The notes beneath the pieces are model-generated. The model was not told the origin of the DNA, did not search any database, and was given only the letters and a program-made list of their open reading frames with translations. This document shows positions 9,230-18,740 of a DNA stretch of 64,000 nt, piece by piece (within the stretch, counting starts at the first letter, position 1; every line of letters starts with the position of its first letter). The position numbers were made by a program, and so were the translations under genes. The stretch spans positions 1 through 64,000 of the IMG/VR virus record IMGVR_UViG_3300025121_000011; one strand, 5' to 3'.

Positions 9230-9435
9230 TTTCAAATGCAGAAACGGTACGACAAGAATATACAGGATTAAAGGTACGACTTACCAAGGGAAGTCGACGC
9301 AAACAGCGATTAAGTAATCATCTAAAAATTACTATGGAAGGCGAGCGCACCGATGTTTCTATGCGGTTAACGATTCGTCAGGCGAGGGCACTTCGCGACT
9401 TTCTAGATAAGAATCTTGGAGAATCCGCTGAGTAA
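9226..9435 (+). CDS. Small basic hypothetical protein
   Basis: GGAGG RBS, ATGA overlap. Confidence 0.65.
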   Translation: MISNAETVRQEYTGLKVRLTKGSRRKQRLSNHLKITMEGERTDVSMRLTIRQARALRDFLDKNLGESAE

Positions 9436-9638
9436 CGTCTGATACATCAAGCAGTTGACCCGGCTGCTTAAAATTAAGCAAATAAAATAAAAATCGAAAG
9501 ATTTGTTGAAGCATTAGAAATGATTATGATAAACTCAAAGAAAATGTGGCGTCATAATCCAGTCTAATCTCACTTTATTTAAAATTAGCTGGAGAAGAAA
9601 TAAAAAGCTACTTCAGCTGCATTTACATCGGAGATTCA

Positions 9639-10319
9639 ATGTCAGACAAATATCCAAGATCCATGCACCTCCCATTTTCCCCTGGGACCACATCAGATGA
9701 TCGCATTATGAACGAAGACGACTTAGCTTTTTTGATTAGTCAGGAAGTGTTATTGACTGAAAAAATGGATGGTTCAAATGTGTGCTTTACAAAAGACGAG
9801 GTATTTTCACGCTCTCACAGCGGGCCTCCTTCTCATAAATCTTTTGATACGTTAAAATTATTGCACAAACAAAAGCAAAGCTTAATACCACCCAATATTT
9901 CAGTCTTTGCAGAGTGGACTTATGCCGTGCACTCAATACGATACACTCTTTTGCCATCTCATATATTTATCATAGGAATTAGAGATGATGAATTAAATTT
10001 TTGGTGGCCATGGGATGAAGTATCTTTGTTTGCAAAATCAAAACTCGAACTTCCCACGGTTCCAGTTATACTGCGCGGTATGTTTCCAGACAAAGAAGTT
10101 TTTGAAAAAATAATTGTGGATTTTTCAAAACTTTCTTCATTTTATGGACCAGATCGGGAAGGGTTGGTGGTTCGACATACCTCCGAGCTTTATGATGCAG
10201 ATAAAAAAATTCTTGGTCTTGGCAAAATGGTTCGTAAAAATCATGTTACAACCGATGTTCATTGGTCTCGACAACAAATTGAAGTACAGCCCACGCTAAA
10301 TTATTTTCAAAAAAAATGA
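9639..10319 (+). CDS. ATP-dependent RNA ligase family protein
   Basis: KYPRS.HLPFSPG N-terminus; motif I TEKMDGSN (KxDG); FAEW; REGLVVR; KMVR. Confidence 0.85.
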   Translation: MSDKYPRSMHLPFSPGTTSDDRIMNEDDLAFLISQEVLLTEKMDGSNVCFTKDEVFSRSHSGPPSHKSFDTLKLLHKQKQSLIPPNISVFAEWTYAVHSIRYTLLPSHIFIIGIRDDELNFWWPWDEVSLFAKSKLELPTVPVILRGMFPDKEVFEKIIVDFSKLSSFYGPDREGLVVRHTSELYDADKKILGLGKMVRKNHVTTDVHWSRQQIEVQPTLNYFQKK

Positions 10320-10405
10320 TCTAGGGGGTTAAAATTTTGAAATGTTTCGGTATATTTATATTCTAACAGGTATATGCTTAGAGCTATTACCACTAACACA
10401 AGGAA

Positions 10406-11320
10406 ATGCCCGCCATGTTTGGTACCTTATTCTTTAAGCCAAAAAGCGCTATTCGTGTCACCAATTTAAATGATGTTTATGTTGCTAATGGAGTTATAAT
10501 TGATCAAGCCGATAAAACTAAGATAATCAATCTTAAGAATATTAAGAGGCTGGCACATAGTAACAATGGTAGATTATTTGTTTTGGATTTTGTTGGTGAT
10601 GTTATGGCATCCCAAGCTGAGGCTTTATCGCAAGAAGTGAATGCGATACTGGCCGCTGGAAATCCAAATTTAGATCAGGTTCTAATTAGACTTGAAAGTC
10701 CCGGTGGAGCGGTCCATGTATATGGATATGCCTCTTCTCAATTGCAGAGGATTAGAAATGCGGGATATGACATGACAGTGGCTGTAGATAAAGTTGCGGC
10801 ATCAGGCGGATATATGATGGCTTGTATCGCACATAATATTATTTCTGCACCATATGCTATCGTTGGTTCTATAGGTGTGGTGTCGGAGTTTATGAATTTT
10901 AATACCTTGTTGGAATCAATTGGAATCAATTACAAACAGTATACTGCTGGAAAATATAAGCGAACAGTGGGTCCTTTAGGTCCAATTACCGTTGAGGCTG
11001 AAGCAAAGTTTAATAGCGACTTAGATCGTGTACATCGGTTGTTCAAGGATCATGTTAAAAAATTTCGAAATAGTTTGGATATAGATGAAATTGCAACCGG
11101 AGAGTATTGGTACGGTTTAGATGCAAAAGAGCGTGGACTAGTTGATCAGATTCTTCCTAGTGATGATTTTATTATTCAGGCTCTTTCCAAGAAGGAGGTT
11201 TTACATATCCAGTATATTCCGCATCGCAGTTTTGGTGATAAACTTAGATTGGGTTTTGTCAAAGCAATTAAAGATGTTGCACTTGAAATGATTAGTACTT
11301 ACATGCATTTAAGGCTTTAA
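10406..11320 (+). CDS. sohB: S49 family serine peptidase (SohB-like)
   Basis: RLESPGG, VDKVAASGGYMMAC, GSIGV, AGKYKRT, ATGEYW motifs. Confidence 0.9.
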   Translation: MPAMFGTLFFKPKSAIRVTNLNDVYVANGVIIDQADKTKIINLKNIKRLAHSNNGRLFVLDFVGDVMASQAEALSQEVNAILAAGNPNLDQVLIRLESPGGAVHVYGYASSQLQRIRNAGYDMTVAVDKVAASGGYMMACIAHNIISAPYAIVGSIGVVSEFMNFNTLLESIGINYKQYTAGKYKRTVGPLGPITVEAEAKFNSDLDRVHRLFKDHVKKFRNSLDIDEIATGEYWYGLDAKERGLVDQILPSDDFIIQALSKKEVLHIQYIPHRSFGDKLRLGFVKAIKDVALEMISTYMHLRL

Positions 11321-11321
11321 A

Positions 11322-11876
11322 ATGGTAAGAGCAGAGACTCGGAGGCAAAGATACCGTAGAAAGTTGGGTGATAAAATTCTTTTGCCAGCAAGCTTTACTA
11401 CGGTTTGTTTTAACTTTGATGATAATCTTGCTTTTTTACTCCGTACGGCTGCGTGTTTTGGGTTTAGTCACATTAATGTGATCGGGTCTATTCCAGCTAG
11501 AAGCAAAATAGATGCCAAGTCTGGTAGTCTTTTTGATTTTATAGAGATACGACAATATCCAAATCCCCACGCTTTTATGGAGATGGTGCGAGCAGAAAAG
11601 ATTTATTTGGTATCCGCAGATTTATCACCGTCAGCTGATAGTTTATATGAGTATAAGTTTAAATTTGATATTCATACGTCCATTGTGATTGGAAACGAGA
11701 CAACCGGAATCCCTGTTGAAATTTCAATCAATAGTGATGAGGTTTTTATTCCGATGCCTGGACCTGGATATTGTCTTAACGCCAGTCAGAGTGGTACTGT
11801 TTTTGCCGCTGAATATAGTCGACAGCTATTTATGCATCGTCCTATACTTAAAAAAGAATTTTCACAGGTGATATAG
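11322..11876 (+). CDS. SpoU/TrmH family RNA 2'-O-methyltransferase
   Basis: N.A.LLRTAACFG, IVIGNETTGI, FIPMPG...CLNAS SPOUT motifs. Confidence 0.88.
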   Translation: MVRAETRRQRYRRKLGDKILLPASFTTVCFNFDDNLAFLLRTAACFGFSHINVIGSIPARSKIDAKSGSLFDFIEIRQYPNPHAFMEMVRAEKIYLVSADLSPSADSLYEYKFKFDIHTSIVIGNETTGIPVEISINSDEVFIPMPGPGYCLNASQSGTVFAAEYSRQLFMHRPILKKEFSQVI

Positions 11877-11878
11877 AT

Positions 11879-12073
11879 ATGAAGTTAACACAGAAAATTA
11901 AGCAAGGTAAGTGTAAAATTCAGAAAGCTGCTATTAGTGGTTGTGATGTTATCATTGGATGCCTGGGGTGGGCAATGATATTATCTGGATTATATGTGAC
12001 CCTTGTGATTCGAGCCATGTCACAAACAGGAGAGTCAATTGAAGAACTTAAGCAAACGGAAGGAGACGAATGA
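11879..12073 (+). CDS. Small membrane protein
   Basis: 64 aa with one hydrophobic helix; fits operon spacing. Confidence 0.5.
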   Translation: MKLTQKIKQGKCKIQKAAISGCDVIIGCLGWAMILSGLYVTLVIRAMSQTGESIEELKQTEGDE

Positions 12074-12860
12074 TTTTTTATCAATCTTGTATAAGAATGA
12101 TTTAAAAAAATCTAATGGATATGTTAAGGTCAGTGATCCGTTGTTTCGATGTGCAATAAATTATATTAATAGTTTGAGTTTAATACAGTTAAAGAGATTA
12201 GTTTCTGATCCCATTTGGAACGACTATAAAAGTTATAGATATTTGTGTAAATATGATGATAATATATATAAAGACATTATTAATAATGAATCAGTTTACA
12301 AAACTTGGTATGGATCATTAATTTCGCGAGTCATCAAACAGTTGATTTGTTTAGATAATGATTTTTCTCTTTTTTTAGCTAAGCATGCTTCTGGTTTGAT
12401 ACTTAATGTCTTATTAAGGAATTCTTATGGAGAGCCAATTAGAATTGGGTGTCAGAGAGCTTTGAAGTCAAAGGATCCTAGAGTTAGATTGACGGCTGCT
12501 AAGATAGGATCAATATGCATCGCGAAAAAATTGCAAAATGATCCAATTGGAATAGTTAGGGCGGCAGCTATCAGAAGGATAGGTGTTAATTATTGTTATA
12601 AGCAACATTTAAATGATCCTAATCGTAAAATAAAAGCAGAAGCGATTTTGGTCGCATCGTTAAAGGATATTGATTATAATTCTATACTTGGTAGTTTAAT
12701 GGAGAAGAACACCCGAAATTGGATAGATGATCAGATTCTTAGAAGTTTATTATCAAAAATGGATCCAAAAGAAATAGTTTATTATTTAAATTTAGTTGAT
12801 AAAGATAAATTAACCGCAGGTGTTTTAAAGCATAAGTTGTCACAAGTAAAGTTTCATTAA
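12039..12860 (+). CDS. HEAT-like repeat protein with C-terminal motif B
   Basis: Repeats LKSKDPRVRLTAA / LQNDPIGIVRAAAI / LNDPNRKIKAEAI. Confidence 0.7.
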   Translation: MKNLSKRKETNDFLSILYKNDLKKSNGYVKVSDPLFRCAINYINSLSLIQLKRLVSDPIWNDYKSYRYLCKYDDNIYKDIINNESVYKTWYGSLISRVIKQLICLDNDFSLFLAKHASGLILNVLLRNSYGEPIRIGCQRALKSKDPRVRLTAAKIGSICIAKKLQNDPIGIVRAAAIRRIGVNYCYKQHLNDPNRKIKAEAILVASLKDIDYNSILGSLMEKNTRNWIDDQILRSLLSKMDPKEIVYYLNLVDKDKLTAGVLKHKLSQVKFH

Positions 12861-12884
12861 TATGTTGATGAGTTAAATGATATT

Positions 12885-13142
12885 GTGAGGTTTAAAATGA
12901 ATAATGAAGTGGCTGTCATAAGATATGATAATCATAGTCTATTTACTGTGGATCTCTATATTGATGGGAAGTTTTCTAAAAATATTGGAGGAGGTTATCC
13001 GGGATCTAAGGCTTGCGAGATAGATGCCAAAGGTTGTTGGGGTAGAGATATAGAGGTTCGTAATACAAGATATACTAATATTGATGATGTAGAACAATAT
13101 TTGGCTTTGCTCAAATTAAAAGGTAATTATTGTAGGCTATGA
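12885..13142 (+). CDS. Hypothetical protein
   Basis: ORF coupled to the next gene by ATGA. Confidence 0.6.
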   Translation: MRFKMNNEVAVIRYDNHSLFTVDLYIDGKFSKNIGGGYPGSKACEIDAKGCWGRDIEVRNTRYTNIDDVEQYLALLKLKGNYCRL

Positions 13143-13405
13143 ACGATAAGCATCTTTTGGAGCTTGGTATCTTTAAGCAAAAAGGCGATGGAAGGTTTAA
13201 ATTGGTAGGTACAAGTATTGAATATTATCCACAGGGACGGTCGATGTATAATCGAAAAAATATATGGACTGTATCTCAATATAAATGGTGGAAACGTGGG
13301 AGAGATAGATTGGTACGTCCAATATCTATTGATCAAGTTTTAAAAGAATTGCCATATGAATTAAAGATGTTGTTTATTTTTAACATTACGTTATTTAGGG
13401 ATTAA
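13139..13405 (+). CDS. Hypothetical protein with C-terminal tag A
   Basis: Ends ISIDQVLKELPYELKMLFIFNITLFRD. Confidence 0.7.
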   Translation: MNDKHLLELGIFKQKGDGRFKLVGTSIEYYPQGRSMYNRKNIWTVSQYKWWKRGRDRLVRPISIDQVLKELPYELKMLFIFNITLFRD

Positions 13406-13454
13406 AAATATTGATTTTAGATATTCAAATTTCTTAAGAAAGAATAAATATTTA

Positions 13455-13816
13455 GGGGGCGAAATAGATTTCGACAGGGTGGATTAAATTAATGGTGCAA
13501 GTCGTCTACGATAACAATAGACGTTAAAGTTGTTATAAAAAAATCAATTGCTGAATTAAAACTCGCAGCTTAATCTTTAAGATTAAGTCCAGGTTTCTAA
13601 CCACCTGGTTTCCAAGGTTAGATAAGCGGTTGGCCACGCTGACAGAAAACAAATGCCAAAATGGTTACCCTCATTGTATGAGGTGGAATTCCTTAGCTCA
13701 TTTAAGGAATGGTTGGAAAAAAGAGATACTTTGCTTATTTAGAGAAATAAGACAAGCTTGTAAATGACCAGATGTTGAAGCTGCTTTGGACGAGGGTGCG
13801 ATTCCCTCCGCCTCCA
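13455..13816 (+). ncRNA. ssrA: tmRNA
   Basis: GGGGGCG...GATTTCGAC 5' end pairs with CGCCTCC-A (G3.U70 Ala determinant); T-arm GAGGG-TGCGATT-CCCTC; pk1 CGTCTA/TAGACG plus ATAACAA/TTGTTAT; tag 13550-13573 AELKLAA*. Confidence 0.95.
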
Positions 13817-13855
13817 CTATTTAACGGTGTCTTGTAAAGGAGGGTTTTGAGAATA

Positions 13856-14473
13856 ATGGATTTAAAAAAGTTAGTTAATGATGCTAGAATATCAGCAGTT
13901 AAAGCAAATAATGAAAGACTGAGACTGAAAGAGGAGAAAGCGGAAGAGCTTAAAAGAAAATTAGATTCTTTTTCAAATGAATTTATATCAAATAGACTCC
14001 CAAAATTATTGAGGGATGCCATAGATAATAGCAGAACATATATTTATGTTTGCTTTCTGGATAATAGGCGCTATATAATTCCATATAACATAGAACATAT
14101 AAGATACCTAGCTCAAGCAGTTGAAAAAGAAACGGGATTAGTATGTGCTGTATCTGAAGATATAGTAGAAGAAAATTCTACTTTAAATCAACTCATTCTT
14201 AATATCGATCTTCTCTCTTTTAAATCTCCCGATGAATGGGTGGATTCCAGCCTTAATGCTTGTGCTTTTTTTGACACTTATCATCACGGAGAGAAATCCT
14301 GGTATGTAGCGATTTCAGATGAAGAGTTTAAACAGTTACTGGCAGATGAGGATCAACTTAGGAAGGGGAAATGGACTGATTTGGCTAATAAGATTTTTGA
14401 TCGTCCTCATTTAGAGCCTCCCAATCTTTCTCATTGTAAGCTTTCTAACAGTGTTCTAATTGCGGTGTGTTGA
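13856..14473 (+). CDS. Hypothetical protein
   Basis: ~205-aa ORF; coiled-coil N-terminus. Confidence 0.65.
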   Translation: MDLKKLVNDARISAVKANNERLRLKEEKAEELKRKLDSFSNEFISNRLPKLLRDAIDNSRTYIYVCFLDNRRYIIPYNIEHIRYLAQAVEKETGLVCAVSEDIVEENSTLNQLILNIDLLSFKSPDEWVDSSLNACAFFDTYHHGEKSWYVAISDEEFKQLLADEDQLRKGKWTDLANKIFDRPHLEPPNLSHCKLSNSVLIAVC

Positions 14474-14501
14474 TGAGCAGATTTAACTCTAAGGTGAAGT
14501 A

Positions 14502-14732
14502 ATGAAAGTTAAAGCTCTAATAATGAAGTTGCAAAAGCTTGATCAAAATTTGGATGTCTATATCATGGAAGATGACGATGATTATGGATTGGTAGGTAGT
14601 TGTATTGAGCAGTTGTTTGTAACAGAGCATTCTGAAAAAAGAACGGCTCCTGTTGATGAAGATGATGTTGCAAATGGCGAGATTACTCTAAGTCCAAAGG
14701 ATAAGTTGTTTAGAGCTGTCTGGATTTTGTGA
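14502..14732 (+). CDS. Small acidic phage protein (MKVK.LI.KLQ.LD type)
   Basis: N-terminal pattern common in small phage proteins. Confidence 0.65.
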   Translation: MKVKALIMKLQKLDQNLDVYIMEDDDDYGLVGSCIEQLFVTEHSEKRTAPVDEDDVANGEITLSPKDKLFRAVWIL

Positions 14733-15061
14733 GGACCCTTAAAATGATAGAAATGGAAAAATCTCTTGAAGAGGAATTGCTTGATTTTGGATTTAAAAGA
14801 GTAATATCCATTAAAAATGTAACATTCACAAGGATACCTTTGAAATATAAGTGTTATACGTATAAGAATGACCAAATGTCTATTTGCATTTTTATATATA
14901 TAAGTTTAAAAAATATATGGCATAATCATGCGGCATGGGTATATGAGGAATATGATGAAGGCCAATTATTAAAGGCTCTATGTGGAGAATATCAAGATAT
15001 AGAATATTATCTTCCATTAGAATTAAGAGAAAGATTGTTGTATCATTTGTATGAATTGTAA
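14729..15061 (+). CDS. Hypothetical protein with C-terminal tag A
   Basis: Ends EYQDIEYYLPLELRERLLYHLYEL. Confidence 0.65.
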   Translation: MRTLKMIEMEKSLEEELLDFGFKRVISIKNVTFTRIPLKYKCYTYKNDQMSICIFIYISLKNIWHNHAAWVYEEYDEGQLLKALCGEYQDIEYYLPLELRERLLYHLYEL

Positions 15062-15326
15062 TAAATATTTATCACGAAGAATGGTGTGATAGATTTATTG
15101 TATAAATGTAATACTTATCAAGTTACCGAAGCATATTCGTGTTGAGATGTTATATTATTCAGATATATTACTCGGGCTTTCTAAATAACAATATATGTCA
15201 TTTTTTTCTTAGAAGGTGGACAAAAAAATGACATAATCACTGGATGCAGTATTTCTATGCAGATTAAAGAATGTAGAAATTTTTGCTAATGGTAGTAGGA
15301 TTTTTCATCAGTTATATAGGAGTGTT

Positions 15327-15986
15327 ATGGATAGAAAAGTACATTGGGTTTCTAGATCAAAAGATAAAAAGACAGGAGAGGTTTTGGTTTCTTATTCTCC
15401 AAAAGAAACTTGTCCAAAAACTTGTTCTCTTAAAAAAGGAGGGTGTTACGCATGGGGTCTTTATTATTTAAAATCGTTGGGAGATAAATTATCCTCTGGA
15501 AAACTGGTTCCAAGAACATTAGATATTGCTATTAAGAATATCTTGCCTACAACAAAAATAGCGCGTCATAGGGTGGCTGGAGATGTTGTCGGGGATGTAG
15601 CTGCTACAATACAAGAATGTCGGGATCTAGATTCGGCGGGATTAATTAATATAGGATATACTCACAATTGGAGAGCAGCAGAATCTCAACCCTTAAAGCA
15701 TTACTTCAGAGCATCATGTCAATCAGTTGAAGAGGTATTAATCGCTAGAGAAATGGGTTGGGCAACAACTTTGATTGTCTCACAAGGTGTAGATAAAAAA
15801 ACCAAACTTCCTAATGGTGAATTTTCAGTAAAATGTCCGGCTAAACATGATATCGCTGGAAAGAAAGATGTTACCTGTAATACCTGCACATTATGTCGAG
15901 TGGATGGTAAAACGGAAAAGACAACAGTTATGTTTGAAGTGCATGGAAATAATTCAACTATTCAGAAGGCTAATGGAAAAATTTGA
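15327..15986 (+). CDS. Cys-rich phage protein, possible Fe-S / radical-SAM-like fold
   Basis: TCPKTCSLKKGGCYA, RHRVAGD, YTHNW, CPA...CNTCTLC. Confidence 0.65.
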   Translation: MDRKVHWVSRSKDKKTGEVLVSYSPKETCPKTCSLKKGGCYAWGLYYLKSLGDKLSSGKLVPRTLDIAIKNILPTTKIARHRVAGDVVGDVAATIQECRDLDSAGLINIGYTHNWRAAESQPLKHYFRASCQSVEEVLIAREMGWATTLIVSQGVDKKTKLPNGEFSVKCPAKHDIAGKKDVTCNTCTLCRVDGKTEKTTVMFEVHGNNSTIQKANGKI

Positions 15987-16007
15987 TAAAATTATAGGAG
16001 TAAAGTA

Positions 16008-16253
16008 ATGGGAGATTGGATTGGAAATAGAGTCGAAGAGGCTTTAGGAGCACTTCGTGGGGCTATGTATGATTTAAAAGTAGAAAACAATAAGGCTCAT
16101 GTTGTACTGGATTCATACGATATTCCGCAGTATACGGATGGCGAACTAAGTCGCCCACTCACATTGTCAGAAAGAATACAACTTAATCATGAAAAAGATC
16201 AAAATTATATTTTAAAATTATGTGAACAATTATTCATCGCAAGTAACGTTTAA
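16008..16253 (+). CDS. Hypothetical protein
   Basis: AGGAG RBS. Confidence 0.65.
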   Translation: MGDWIGNRVEEALGALRGAMYDLKVENNKAHVVLDSYDIPQYTDGELSRPLTLSERIQLNHEKDQNYILKLCEQLFIASNV

Positions 16254-16282
16254 CTAAATAAAAAAATAGAAAAAGTAACAAT

Positions 16283-16633
16283 ATGTTTGGAGAGTATATG
16301 AAAAAAAATCCTGAAGCAGGAGAATTGGTTTGCCTTAGTTCTAATGATAAATTTGCTTATCCGCATGGAGTAGCTTTATACTTAGATGATGGTAAAGTGG
16401 TTTTACCATCTTATTTGAAGGGGTGGGTTGTAACCGATATTGATGGTTTAGAAAATTATAGCACATTTGGCCGACATAATATCAGGAAAACACATTTCAA
16501 TGAATATGGAGAGATATGTGGATATGATTATTTAGCATATGATGCAGGTATTCCAACCGAACTTTGTCTTAGAAGAACAAATGGAGAATGGATTATTTCA
16601 AATGAGTTTAAACTTCCGACGTGGGTTCAGTAG
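16283..16633 (+). CDS. Hypothetical protein
   Basis: ORF; alternative start at 16298 has a GGAG RBS. Confidence 0.6.
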   Translation: MFGEYMKKNPEAGELVCLSSNDKFAYPHGVALYLDDGKVVLPSYLKGWVVTDIDGLENYSTFGRHNIRKTHFNEYGEICGYDYLAYDAGIPTELCLRRTNGEWIISNEFKLPTWVQ

Positions 16634-17531
16634 TTTTAAACAGATCATCAAAGAAACTCATTCCTCTTTCATCTATAATAGAATTCATAACTTCTGAATA
16701 TTTTTTAGAAACATTTTGTTGAATGGTGTGAATAACTTTATCAAAGTCTGGTAAGATCTGGCCTTCTGTTGCCCACTGGATGCCCATAATTGCGATAGAT
16801 AAACCAATATCTATCCAAAATAAAGATCCGGCAGATACAAGTTCTATAAAAGCCAAAACAGCATCTTTTACTGCATCTATAGAATTTGCAATTAATCCGA
16901 TAAATTCTTTAATAAAACCACGAGAAGCTTTTGATAACTGATCAACAGAGATTGTTTTTTCAGGGTCCTCACGAGTTTGTTCTGTGATGGAATTTAGTAT
17001 TTTTGGATCTAATGCATCTTTCCAAGAAATTCCTAAAGTGTCAGAAACACCTAAAACATTAGATAATTCTTTGGAGCCGTAATATAGGTTTTTTAATGCA
17101 AAAGCAATACTGAAGAATACACCAATAAAAGGAATGGCGCGCAAAGTAGCCCCAGCCAAAGCTTGCTTTATTAAGATTGGATTATGTTCAATTTGAGATA
17201 GATGTTTCAATGTTGCGGTTTTAGTTTCACTTGATATCATTTGATCAACATATTTGCCAGCCTCTTTTAAGGCATTTGGATCCGCACTTCTAATTTTATT
17301 TCCAGCATCGGCTAATTGACCGATTCCTACAGAAAAGTATTGCATGGCTCTGGTGTTTAAAGTTGGCTCATAAGGTTTTGCAACTTCTGAAAATGTGTGT
17401 CGCCATTGTTCAAATTCTTTATTTAGATTTGCATCTAGTGCTAAAATAATTAATTGACGCGTTTCCAAAGAGGCGTCTATATAATTATAGTGGTCTAAAA
17501 TTTTAGAAAGTTGAAGAAGTTGTTTATTCAT
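16608..17531 (-). CDS. Putative virion/ejected protein with N-terminal leader motif and hydrophobic helices
   Basis: MNKQLLQLSKILDHYNYIDASLETRQLI leader; LRAIPFIGVFFSIAFAL and FWIDIGLSIAIMGI helices; GAGG RBS. Confidence 0.7.
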   Translation of the reverse strand: MNKQLLQLSKILDHYNYIDASLETRQLIILALDANLNKEFEQWRHTFSEVAKPYEPTLNTRAMQYFSVGIGQLADAGNKIRSADPNALKEAGKYVDQMISSETKTATLKHLSQIEHNPILIKQALAGATLRAIPFIGVFFSIAFALKNLYYGSKELSNVLGVSDTLGISWKDALDPKILNSITEQTREDPEKTISVDQLSKASRGFIKEFIGLIANSIDAVKDAVLAFIELVSAGSLFWIDIGLSIAIMGIQWATEGQILPDFDKVIHTIQQNVSKKYSEVMNSIIDERGMSFFDDLFKTTEPTSEV

Positions 17532-17556
17532 TGTTGCCTCATTTTCTTAGTTTAAA

Positions 17557-17563
17557 ATTAGTA
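17557..17563 (-). promoter_or_regulatory. TACTAAT candidate late-promoter motif
   Basis: 25 nt upstream of the 17531 start. Confidence 0.5.
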
Positions 17564-17574
17564 GAGGATATATT

Positions 17575-18663
17575 ATGAAAGTAGTAAAAAGTAGCGAAGA
17601 AGTGGATCAGCTTATTTTACAATTAACATCAAAAGAGTTTTTGGGTTTACAACCTATTTTGGCAGGAGGGTTTGTAGCTTGGTTATATCAATTGGAGACT
17701 AATAGTCAAGAACAAATACCAGAGATTATAACTGCATATAAGAATATGAAGAAAATAAGAGAAACGGCATCCATTGCTGGCGTAAATTTAAATATTATTA
17801 CAACAGTAAAATATGATTTTTTATCTAATTATCCATATTATGATATAGATGCTTGGTTTAAAAATACAAATGATGTTTGGGATATTAATAATCCAGAGTC
17901 TGTTTTGATAACCGCAGAAGGAGAACGAGATCTCTTAAAAGAGATGGCAATTAAAATAGGCTTTCAAGATGTAAAGCATCAGTCTCTCTGGGCAAATACA
18001 TTATCTAGGCGTATCCGCTCTGATAATCATGAAGATAAATTGCAAATTATAATTCGACCATATTCTTCTACAGAAGAGATATTATCATCTTTTGATTTAG
18101 ACGGATGTAAGATTGGTTGGGAAAATGGATTTTTTCATCTTACAGATGAGTTTTTAGAGTCTATCCAAAATAGAAGAATAATTATAAATGATAATAATTG
18201 GAAATCTTCAGAACATTTTCAAAGAGTACAAACGGCGCTTAGAGCTTTCAAGTATCACAAAAGAATGGGATGGCCACTTTCTAAAGACTCTTTAAATAAG
18301 ATTTTTGAAGTTTATCAAGAAGTGTTCTCTCATAAAAAATATAAAGTTTCTGTTGTAAAAACAACAAGTCTAATCACCAAGGTTAGTACCGGGATTTCAT
18401 CAGTTTTGTCAAAAATATTACCAAAAATGTCGCCACATATGGCTCATCAGATTTCGATTTATGGACAGAATAAAAGCGTAGATGTGTTAAAGGATTTTCA
18501 GATGAAACTGTTGGATTCTTTTGAGATAATTGTTGTTCAGCCGGATTTCGAAAGTAGCATGCTTCCGTATTTTATTGGTACAGGTAATTATAAGATAGAA
18601 AAATTAGTTTTGGCTATGATGGAGTGTGAATCTAACAATAATTCTAGTACGTCAAAAATATGA
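17575..18663 (+). CDS. Divergent nucleotidyltransferase-fold protein with C-terminal motif B
   Basis: ILAGGF, DIDAWF, LQII, ILSSFDL..CKIG, R..KY..R pattern. Confidence 0.7.
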   Translation: MKVVKSSEEVDQLILQLTSKEFLGLQPILAGGFVAWLYQLETNSQEQIPEIITAYKNMKKIRETASIAGVNLNIITTVKYDFLSNYPYYDIDAWFKNTNDVWDINNPESVLITAEGERDLLKEMAIKIGFQDVKHQSLWANTLSRRIRSDNHEDKLQIIIRPYSSTEEILSSFDLDGCKIGWENGFFHLTDEFLESIQNRRIIINDNNWKSSEHFQRVQTALRAFKYHKRMGWPLSKDSLNKIFEVYQEVFSHKKYKVSVVKTTSLITKVSTGISSVLSKILPKMSPHMAHQISIYGQNKSVDVLKDFQMKLLDSFEIIVVQPDFESSMLPYFIGTGNYKIEKLVLAMMECESNNNSSTSKI

Positions 18664-18740
18664 ATGTAGAGAATTCTTCTATATTTAAATTTATTTAGAT
18701 GATGTATTTGCATTCATAATTTATATTTTATTATAATACG

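Noticed and set aside
13735-14022. Minus-strand 95-aa ORF
   Set aside because: Antisense to the tmRNA 3' end and to gene 13856
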